Shown here: positions 46,021 through 52,398 of the stretch, piece after piece | Layout of the letters: each line of letters starts with the position of its first letter | Numbering within the stretch: the stretch's first letter is position 1 | Source: Candidatus Peribacteria bacterium | GTDB taxonomy: Bacteria > Patescibacteriota > Gracilibacteria > UBA1369 > UBA12463 | Direction: 5' to 3' | Assembly (NCBI GenBank): GCA_943349045.1 | Contig: CALQZC010000002.1 | Location: 1 to 52,398, forward strand | Length of the DNA stretch: 52,398 nt | Position numbers and translations under genes: made by a program | The notes under the pieces: generated by a model | What the model was told of the DNA's origin: nothing | Database searches by the model: none | Seen by the model: only the letters and a program-made list of their open reading frames with translations

Positions 46021-47211
46021 ATGTCTGACAGATTGAACGAAAGCCCACGCCTCAATGTGCATATACGCCAGCGAGGTTTAGTTGTTGATACCACCCTTCA
46101 TAATCCAAAGCCGAATCAAGCAGCCAAACGGGAAATCCGGGACACACAAGTCCTCATTCGGGATACCCATGAATTCACACGACCAAATGGAGTCAGTGGC
46201 CTGGCTTTCAACACAGAAGCACACCAGCACGATCGAAAATATGAAATCGACCACGAAGGAAGTCACACAAGTATTGGGGGAAATGCCGTAAACGTAGGTA
46301 TCGCCTATCTCAACACCCTCCGAGCATTTGATACGACAGGGACACTCGCACCAGAGACATTTTTTCACAGCAAAGTAACGAATGCAGAGGTACAACGTCT
46401 CCTGCAGGGAGTTATTCCTGATGAGCAGTATCAACTTTCATCTCGTCCAAAAAGTGAAACCCGAGAGGGATACTACGTTCCACACCAAGATCGATTACTT
46501 TATTTAGCAGTCCACAAGCCACATCTTCAGGAAGAACACGATCCACTCGGGGGTGATCAGCATCGAGCTGAGACGCATTTCATTAGCTCAACAGCAGAAA
46601 AAACACCCGTCTGGCACGAACTCATCGCGCGAATAAAAAATAATCCGGGAAGTAATCTCGTGCTGATGCCAGGAAAAAATCGCCTCACGGAAAGCGTCGA
46701 AGACGAAGTCATGAAGGTCACCGATCTCATTACTTTCAACAAAGCGGAAGCAGTCGCTTATCTGAAAAGAAGACACCCGGATCTTCTGAAAAACATTGAA
46801 GAAAGAACCGATCTCCTCGCTATGGCCATATCCGTGATGGGCCCACAGCGAGCACTCATTACAAATGGAGGTGACACAGTCGCCCTCTATGAACGGGGCA
46901 TGAAAGAGGCAATATTGGTCGAGCCACCAGCAATCGAGGCAAGTCGAGAAATAGTCCGGGATAAAGTACAGAACATCGTGACGAGCGCGATACCAATTTA
47001 CACCGGATGCGGAGACACACTCGTTGGCGTATTTATGGCACTCGAAAAGCTTACAAAAGTGGGGACTCTGGACCTTTCAATCAAAGAGCAGCTCCAGCTC
47101 GCCGTAAATATTTCAAGCTGTCACGCCTGGAGTCCAGCTTCAAACATCTCATATCTCCAGCCTAACCAAATGCGACAACTCGCAAAGGCTGTAACAAAGA
47201 AGGCTGCCTAG
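46021..47211 (+). CDS. PfkB-family kinase with an N-terminal extension, substrate unknown
   Basis: Motifs GGNAVNVGIAYL, FNKAEAVAYL (NxxE) and YTGCGDTLVG (GAGD-type anion hole and catalytic Asp). Confidence 0.65.
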   Translation: MSDRLNESPRLNVHIRQRGLVVDTTLHNPKPNQAAKREIRDTQVLIRDTHEFTRPNGVSGLAFNTEAHQHDRKYEIDHEGSHTSIGGNAVNVGIAYLNTLRAFDTTGTLAPETFFHSKVTNAEVQRLLQGVIPDEQYQLSSRPKSETREGYYVPHQDRLLYLAVHKPHLQEEHDPLGGDQHRAETHFISSTAEKTPVWHELIARIKNNPGSNLVLMPGKNRLTESVEDEVMKVTDLITFNKAEAVAYLKRRHPDLLKNIEERTDLLAMAISVMGPQRALITNGGDTVALYERGMKEAILVEPPAIEASREIVRDKVQNIVTSAIPIYTGCGDTLVGVFMALEKLTKVGTLDLSIKEQLQLAVNISSCHAWSPASNISYLQPNQMRQLAKAVTKKAA

Positions 47212-47346
47212 CGTATTAAAGGGCATGAAGTACGCAATATTTGCCATCGAAAAAGTAGCCTTCATCACGATCACCGCGAGCTGGGTGATGATGATCTTCT
47301 GGCTTACCAGATAACAGATAAATTCGAAATGCGTAGCATGAAGAAT

Positions 47347-48540
47347 TTATCCTCCCCCTGTTCCCGTTCCCTGAATTCCCCAAACCATATCCAGAGTCCT
47401 TCGCGCCGCCTGCACATCGTGCATTCGCAAAATAGAAGCCCCATGCATATAGGCCATCATCGCACTCGCCAACCCACCCTCCTGGCGTTCTTCAAGTTTG
47501 CCGGGAATAAATGATTTTCGTGAAGGGCCAACCAGAATCGGCAATCCAAAAACCTTCAACTCACGAAGTCGCCGCAACACTTCGAAACTATATTTCGGAT
47601 CTCCACTCACAAACGCACCCATGCCCGGATCGAGAATAATCTGTTCACGCTTCACGCCTGCCGCCTCCGCATATCGCAATTGCTCTTCAAAAAACTCGAT
47701 AATCGTCTGCATCACATCGTCATACTGAACCGCATCTCGTGTCGTTCGAGGGGTTGGATCTTTGGCGTACATCAATGCAACCGAAGGTTGCAGCCCCCCT
47801 CCTCCTGTTCCCGCTCCCATTTTTGCCACCACCTCAGCCATCTTCGAATCCCCACGCAACGCCGTCACGTCATTCACCATCGTGCACCCCGCATCCAGAG
47901 CCGCACGCGCCACCTCCGATTTCCAGGTATCGATAGAGAACTTCACACGACCGGAAAATGTTCCACTTCGCAACACGGCAAACACTGGCTCCAACCTCGC
48001 CAATTCTTCTTCCACGGAAACGTCGCTCGACCCAGGACCCGTCGACTCCGCCCCAATATCAATCCAGTCCGCACCCTCGGCGATATATCGTTCAATCACC
48101 TCCTCTCCAAACACCTTTTCACTATGGAAAAACGAGTCAGGTGTCACATTCAACACCGCCATAATTTGTGGCTTTTCATAGCCATCCCTGACGGCTCGCA
48201 ACAAAACCTGCAGTCGCTCCCCCACCTCTTTCAGTCCAAATGGCTGCGCCCGCAAATTCAACAACAACATTTCAAGTTGTGATGCACTGGCCATCAAGAC
48301 AGCATCCGTCGACTCACCTTCCAGAAAAGAGGCAGCCTTCGGAAGCGCCAAATCCGCGCCCACCGCAATGCACTCCTGTTTCAAAATATTCGCCGCACGC
48401 ACCGATAAACCTTTCAACGCAAAAACACGCATCACCATTTTCTTCGCCATAATTCCCACACCCGCACTATCAACACCCAGACGCCGCAACTCACCCTGCG
48501 CCTCGTTCAAACTCTCAATGTGTCGGAGAAAAATATCCAT
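47347..48540 (-). CDS. folP: Dihydropteroate synthase with an extra N-terminal domain of about 125 aa
   Basis: VLNVTPDSFF, WIDIGAESTGPG and ILVGPSRKSF. The N-domain contains RAANILKQE. There are Gly-rich segments GAGTGGGG (internal) and GTGTGGG (C-terminus). Confidence 0.9.
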   Translation of the reverse strand: MDIFLRHIESLNEAQGELRRLGVDSAGVGIMAKKMVMRVFALKGLSVRAANILKQECIAVGADLALPKAASFLEGESTDAVLMASASQLEMLLLNLRAQPFGLKEVGERLQVLLRAVRDGYEKPQIMAVLNVTPDSFFHSEKVFGEEVIERYIAEGADWIDIGAESTGPGSSDVSVEEELARLEPVFAVLRSGTFSGRVKFSIDTWKSEVARAALDAGCTMVNDVTALRGDSKMAEVVAKMGAGTGGGGLQPSVALMYAKDPTPRTTRDAVQYDDVMQTIIEFFEEQLRYAEAAGVKREQIILDPGMGAFVSGDPKYSFEVLRRLRELKVFGLPILVGPSRKSFIPGKLEERQEGGLASAMMAYMHGASILRMHDVQAARRTLDMVWGIQGTGTGGG

Positions 48541-48563
48541 GAGCCCGTAGATTACCCGTGTGG

Positions 48564-49412
48564 CTACAGCGAGTCAATAAACGCCTGATAGATAGCTTTG
48601 GTAACCGGCCCTGCCTTCCCCTTTCCAATCGCCGTATCGCCCACCTTCACCACACTCACCACGCCACTCGGAGCATTCGTCAGAAACACCTCGTCCGCCG
48701 CCCGAACAAATGATTTTTTGAAATAGGCATACACAATTTTCTTCAGAATTTTTTTACGGACGAGTGCGCGCGCCATCTTCAAGACCGCATCTCGCGTCAC
48801 CCCCTGAAGCACACCCGCCTTCGGCGTGTACAACACCCCGCGCCGCACCACAAACACATTACTCACCGAACCCTCGCTCACATATCCTTCACGATCCACC
48901 AACATCACATCAAATAAACTCTGCTGCAACGCATGCATTCGCGCCATCACGAGCGGAAACATACTCGTCGTCTTGATCGTCGGAAATGACCGCTCCACCG
49001 GAAAAAAATCTGCCACTACCTCTGGCAACGCCACCTTTCCCGTAAATAGCGGAATCGGATAACACGCAATACACACGGTAACTCGGCCTTTCATGTTGGG
49101 CTGAAATTTCGCACCCTTACTCGCACTCACCCCACGTGTCACCATCACCCGAACGCGCGCCTCGCGATATCCATTTTTTCGCACCAGCGCCTTCGCCTGA
49201 TCAATCAGCCGCGCCAACGCGTACGGAAGTTTCATGCCCGCCGCCGCCAGCGACTTCTCCAGTCGCTTCATATGCACATCCGGTTTCCACAAAACCCCCC
49301 GATAGGTCCGCATCGTCTCATACACCCCATCTCCATACAAAAATCCCTGGTCAAACACCGACACCTTCGCCTCCTGCTCCTCCACATATTTTCCATTAAA
49401 AAAGACAATCAT
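48564..49412 (-). CDS. Class IV PLP enzyme (aminodeoxychorismate lyase or branched-chain/D-amino-acid aminotransferase family)
   Basis: FDQGFLYGDGVYET and EGSVSNVFVV. Its position next to folP favours PabC, but I cannot decide this from sequence alone. Confidence 0.8.
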   Translation of the reverse strand: MIVFFNGKYVEEQEAKVSVFDQGFLYGDGVYETMRTYRGVLWKPDVHMKRLEKSLAAAGMKLPYALARLIDQAKALVRKNGYREARVRVMVTRGVSASKGAKFQPNMKGRVTVCIACYPIPLFTGKVALPEVVADFFPVERSFPTIKTTSMFPLVMARMHALQQSLFDVMLVDREGYVSEGSVSNVFVVRRGVLYTPKAGVLQGVTRDAVLKMARALVRKKILKKIVYAYFKKSFVRAADEVFLTNAPSGVVSVVKVGDTAIGKGKAGPVTKAIYQAFIDSL

Positions 49413-49458
49413 GGCCTGATTATAGCAGCATTCATCACCTCTTGTCAGTAAAAAATAA

Positions 49459-49776
49459 TCAATCCTTCAGTGCCAAATCGCGGAGATAAGCAGAGATTGA
49501 GGTGTAGCCTTTTTTAAGAGCCTTTTTCTCAATTTTCTTTTTGTATTCTGAGCCTATTCTAAAACGCACAATCTCCTCACGCTTTTCATACTCACGCGCA
49601 TCAAGAATATGATCAGGAAGATACTGAATCAATTCAGGAACATCCTCATTTAAAAAACCCTGATTAATTCTCGCAGCTGGACACTCTACATAAGTTTCCA
49701 TTTCATTCACTTTTTTGAGCGTACAAGGATATTTTTTATTACCGATATTAACATAAAAAGTTATGGTTTTTTTCAT
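49459..49776 (-). CDS. Ribbon-helix-helix antitoxin (in the HicB position)
   Basis: The C-terminus VRFRIGSEYKKKIEKKALKKGYTSISAYLRDLAL is a CopG/RHH-like motif. Its start overlaps the hicA stop by 4 nt. Confidence 0.65.
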   Translation of the reverse strand: MKKTITFYVNIGNKKYPCTLKKVNEMETYVECPAARINQGFLNEDVPELIQYLPDHILDAREYEKREEIVRFRIGSEYKKKIEKKALKKGYTSISAYLRDLALKD

Positions 49777-50021
49777 GGAAAGATGAGAAGAAATAATTTA
49801 ATAACATTTGAAGCTTCAACCTTATAATACGTAGCGCAGTCATTATGATGCAATGGGAGAATAATATCTCTAGGTATTTTAGGATGATGAAATTTATTAT
49901 GACTTCCTTTTCCCTGCGAATGACGAAAACCAAGGCTGAGAAGAACATGAACAATTTCCAAATACCGAAGCGTTGCCGGCCTTTCCAGAAACCTCTTCAA
50001 TAACTTCTTTTTTTGTGACAT
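49773..50021 (-). CDS. hicA: HicA-family mRNA interferase toxin
   Basis: LSLGFRHSQGKGSHNKFHHP......ILPLHH matches the HicA (YcfA) signature. The toxin-first gene order is typical of hicAB. Confidence 0.75.
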   Translation of the reverse strand: MSQKKKLLKRFLERPATLRYLEIVHVLLSLGFRHSQGKGSHNKFHHPKIPRDIILPLHHNDCATYYKVEASNVIKLFLLIFP

Positions 50022-50036
50022 ATTTCATATGGTTAC

Positions 50037-50065
50037 ATTATACAAAAGTGTAGCTACAAAAGCAA
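50037..50065 (-). promoter_or_regulatory. Candidate hicA promoter with an embedded palindromic operator
   Basis: The minus strand has TTGCTT (50065-50060), a 17-nt spacer, then TATAAT (50042-50037). The 10-bp palindrome TGTAGCTACA (50049-50058) lies in the spacer. Confidence 0.45.
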
Positions 50066-50078
50066 GCGATAAAAACAC

Positions 50079-50900
50079 TCACAACGGACTCCGAATCTGA
50101 CTCAATCCCCTGCTCGTCACCTGCGTATATCGCTGTGTCGTGCGGATATTTTCATGTCCCAACAACTCTTGAATGTACCGAATATCAACGCCATTCTCCA
50201 GCAGGTGCGTCGCAAAACTATGCCGCAACGAATGAAAGGTTGCTGCCTTCTTCAATCCCACCCGCACCATCGCCCGCTCAAAAATCTTCTGCGCCGTCCG
50301 ACTCGTCAGCCGCCCTCCCCTCTCACTCATAAAGACAAAAGCCTCCCCGCCTCTTCCAAAAACCATACCCCGCAACTCATCCCGAATCCTCTCCGGAAAA
50401 ATCGTTACCCGATCCTTTCCGCCCTTTCCACAGCGCACCCACAAACGAAAATTCTCAAAATCCAGATCCCGCACCCGTAGCGCGACCACCTCACTCACGC
50501 GCAACCCCGCCCCATACGCCAACGTAATCATGAGTCGATGCTTCACATTCACCACACTCGCAATAATACTCCGAATCTCCTCCCTCGACAGCACAACCGG
50601 CAGCTTCCGACTCCGCTTCGCAAAGCGAATATCCAGCCCCCTTCCCAACTTCAAAATCCGCCGATACACAAACGAAATCGCATTGAGATAGAGGTTAATC
50701 GTTTGCGACGCATATCCATCATCTCGCTTCATCAACAAAAACTGCATCACCTCCTCCCGCCTCATCTTGCCAATATCGCCACCCACAAATTTCAAATATT
50801 CCTCAACGCATCGCACATAACTCACCACCGTCCGCGGACTATATCCCCTCACTCTGAGCTCCCCCCGCAACTGTTCAACAACAGATTCCATACCCCTCAC
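50079..50900 (-). CDS. Tyrosine recombinase (XerC/D- and IntI-like)
   Basis: Motifs R...HxxR...Y (GLRVSEV, HSLRHSFATHLL, LLGHENIRTTQRYTQV). The blocks KLPVVLSREE, LRVRDLDF and CGKGGKDR, plus the C-terminal IRSPL, resemble integron-integrase relatives. I do not see the IntI-specific insertion. Confidence 0.88.
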   Translation of the reverse strand: MRGMESVVEQLRGELRVRGYSPRTVVSYVRCVEEYLKFVGGDIGKMRREEVMQFLLMKRDDGYASQTINLYLNAISFVYRRILKLGRGLDIRFAKRSRKLPVVLSREEIRSIIASVVNVKHRLMITLAYGAGLRVSEVVALRVRDLDFENFRLWVRCGKGGKDRVTIFPERIRDELRGMVFGRGGEAFVFMSERGGRLTSRTAQKIFERAMVRVGLKKAATFHSLRHSFATHLLENGVDIRYIQELLGHENIRTTQRYTQVTSRGLSQIRSPL

Positions 50901-51072
50901 CCTACCACCCCAACCTTACCAATTCGTAACATTTTTCTGAAAAATTCCTCACATTTTCCTAACAAATTCATAAACAAATCCTAACAAAAAGATTACAAAA
51001 TTCTGACACGAAAATGGCTAAAGTAAGCCATAAAATATTGATAATTCAAAAATCATGTGATAGCATTCAAGA

Positions 51073-51483
51073 ATGCAATACTATCAAGCAAAGGCAGGGA
51101 AAATCCCAGGAACAAATTTTAAAGAAGTATACACTAAAGCCTTCTCAATTTTCTTAGTCATAAAGAAAAAATCAAAAAGAAAACCACACATACGATCAAA
51201 ATATTTCAAGAAAGAAAAGATTTTTCTTCATCTCTACTGGGAACATTTATTCGGAAAAGAAAACTGGAGAGATCGAATGCGGCGAATTGCATTGTATGCT
51301 GCAGCACTTGAGGTAATGCAAAAAAGCACAGTAGCGCCAGAGATAAAACAAAACCCAAATAGAAAGAGTGAAATTCTCTATCGCTTTTTCGGAATTACAA
51401 AAGAAAAGGAGAAATTGGTGGTTCAGATCAAAGAAGATGTGAAATCAAAGCAAAAATTCCTAATTTCTATATTTCCAGCATAA
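51073..51483 (+). CDS. Hypothetical protein (basic, 136 aa)
   Basis: AT-rich ORF divergent from the recombinase gene. I recognise no family. Confidence 0.45.
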   Translation: MQYYQAKAGKIPGTNFKEVYTKAFSIFLVIKKKSKRKPHIRSKYFKKEKIFLHLYWEHLFGKENWRDRMRRIALYAAALEVMQKSTVAPEIKQNPNRKSEILYRFFGITKEKEKLVVQIKEDVKSKQKFLISIFPA

Positions 51484-51633
51484 AAAAATCTCCCGCTTAT
51501 TGCGCAGTGCAAAAACTGCAGGCCGGAGATCTTTCTAAGAAAATTGTAGCAAACCCAAAACTAATATACAAGATCCATTTTGAATTCCTCGCCACCCCAA
51601 AGCCAAATTTCGCATATCCACCCCAAACTCGTT

Positions 51634-51660
51634 TTCTATACGAAGTATTTTCGTATAGAA
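51634..51660. repeat. Perfect 11-5-11 inverted repeat (candidate recombinase core site)
   Basis: TTCTATACGAA-GTATT-TTCGTATAGAA in the 343-bp non-coding spacer, about 730 bp from the recombinase gene. Confidence 0.4.
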
Positions 51661-51826
51661 TGGAGTTATATGAAATACATGTTTTCCTTTTGATCTGCGA
51701 TCAGCTTTTTAATACGGAAACGAATTTGATTTTTTCATTTTTGATAGAGGGGGTATAGGATGTTTTCTCCCCGACAAAGCGGGGTCGAAAACACTTAATC
51801 GTCTGTAATGTTTCCAGAAATTACTT

Positions 51827-52342
51827 TTACTCCATCATCAGCTTCAATGTTCGTAAATATATAACAAGTCGAGAACAGTAGGCTTCGATATCATATATGG
51901 GTAGGGGAAAACCAAACATGAAAAGCAGTTTAATCAACTTGTCGGGGATGCGGAAATTTTTGCTCCGATTACATAATGTTGGATCGATCTGTTTCAGTAA
52001 AACATATACTTTTGGAGAATATATGGTTTCGTGAAGATCGCTCAAGTCGCTCAGTGGAACTTTGCAGTTCACAAACATATCGTGAAGTTCTTTTTCAAAA
52101 ATGGGTATATCCTTGGTAAGATATGGCCGACCATTCAAAAGTGGAACGGGAATTTTTTTAGCAGAACGGGTATACGACCCTCCGGGCTTCAGGGAAAAAT
52201 ATCCATCATCCCAGTGTTCAGCAATTTTAGTGCGAAAAAAAAGTATCTCAGCATGTAATGGTAGATTTTTGCTGTCATCCAATCTGTTCAGACATCTACT
52301 GAATTGATTCAAAACATCAAGAAACGAAAGATATCGAAGCAT
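51827..52342 (-). CDS. Hypothetical protein (171 aa)
   Basis: AT-rich ORF. I recognise no family. Confidence 0.45.
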   Translation of the reverse strand: MLRYLSFLDVLNQFSRCLNRLDDSKNLPLHAEILFFRTKIAEHWDDGYFSLKPGGSYTRSAKKIPVPLLNGRPYLTKDIPIFEKELHDMFVNCKVPLSDLSDLHETIYSPKVYVLLKQIDPTLCNRSKNFRIPDKLIKLLFMFGFPLPIYDIEAYCSRLVIYLRTLKLMME

Positions 52343-52398
52343 GATTCGAATTCCATCATCGGACGATGCTAAAACTTCTTGAGCAGATAATTGACGAA

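Larger units (their letters stand above)
49413..52398. mobile_element. Possible accessory or integrated segment (toxin-antitoxin pair, tyrosine recombinase, orphan ORFs); right boundary lies outside the window
   Basis: There is a switch from housekeeping genes to a TA module, a recombinase and orphan ORFs. Apart from the recombinase gene, the DNA looks visibly more AT-rich (judged by eye). The non-coding spacers are long and structured. Confidence 0.35.

Noticed and set aside
47349-47825. 16-mers on the plus strand inside folP (CCCTGTTCCCGTTCCC at about 47355 and TCCTGTTCCCGCTCCC at about 47805). They resemble the intergenic pyrimidine tract at 5955-5972 and 9186-9203, which suggested in-frame insertion of a small repeat element.
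   Set aside because: On the coding strand they simply encode Gly-rich GTGxGG peptides. Matches of 16 nt with 1-2 mismatches in low-complexity sequence are expected by chance at this window size. I kept this only as a caveat to the hairpin-repeat finding.
51484-51826. A CRISPR array or integron attC cassette boundary next to the IntI-like recombinase.
   Set aside because: There is only a single repeat-like hairpin and no spacer-repeat periodicity. I found no RYYYAAC...GTTRRRY attC-type pair; the hairpin ends are GTTYYY...RRRAAC, the opposite arrangement. The recombinase also seems to lack the IntI-specific insertion.
1-52398. Alternative genetic code with UGA reassignment, as in some CPR-related lineages.
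   Set aside because: TGA terminates well-defined genes (yggU at 15359-15361, rsmA at 16239-16241). All conserved genes are intact under the standard bacterial code.

Overview
This is a gene-dense 52.4-kb chromosomal fragment from a small-genome bacterium. It uses the standard code, with TGA acting as a stop. Several traits resemble Candidate Phyla Radiation (CPR) organisms: S5 is followed directly by L15 with no L30 gene, almost no start codon has a Shine-Dalgarno motif, S9 and S11 carry N-terminal extensions, and there are many orphan ORFs.

Layout:
- 1-8.4 kb: distal ribosomal-protein superoperon (rpsE-rplO-secY-adk-map-infA-rpmJ-rpsM-rpsK-rpsD-rpoA-rplQ-rplM-rpsI).
- 8.6-9.9 kb: a lipoprotein and trmD.
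- 9.9-16.3 kb: a one-domain Hanks-type Ser/Thr kinase, divergent from an operon encoding a secreted coiled-coil protein, a P2-type ATPase, YggU and RsmA.
- 16.3-16.4 kb: an aberrant tRNA-like gene.
- 17-29 kb: a pyrimidine cluster (pyrF, pyrE, pyrC, pyrB, carA) broken up by a 1347-aa STAND-type NTPase with a degenerate cyclase-like N-domain, envelope proteins and an HNH-nuclease gene.
- 29-39 kb: an exonuclease-DinG fusion, uvrB, a CE4 deacetylase/TIM-barrel hydrolase fusion, an FAD-oxidoreductase with SLH domains, and tRNA-Arg(GCG).
- 39-44 kb: a very divergent RelA/SpoT-like protein downstream of prs-rpiB-rpe.
- 44-49.4 kb: a second HNH paralogue and a folate cluster (folK, a PTPS, a PfkB kinase, folP, a class IV aminotransferase).
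- 49.4 kb to the window end: an AT-rich accessory segment with a hicA/RHH toxin-antitoxin pair, a tyrosine recombinase, orphan ORFs and structured non-coding DNA.

I found no rRNA genes and no CRISPR array. I consider these the strongest candidates for something undescribed, in order:
1. The pseudo-cyclase STAND NTPase locus.
2. The divergent RSH-like protein.
3. The Ala-identity tRNA-like gene.
4. The terminal accessory segment.

All family assignments come from reading motifs by eye; no searches were run.
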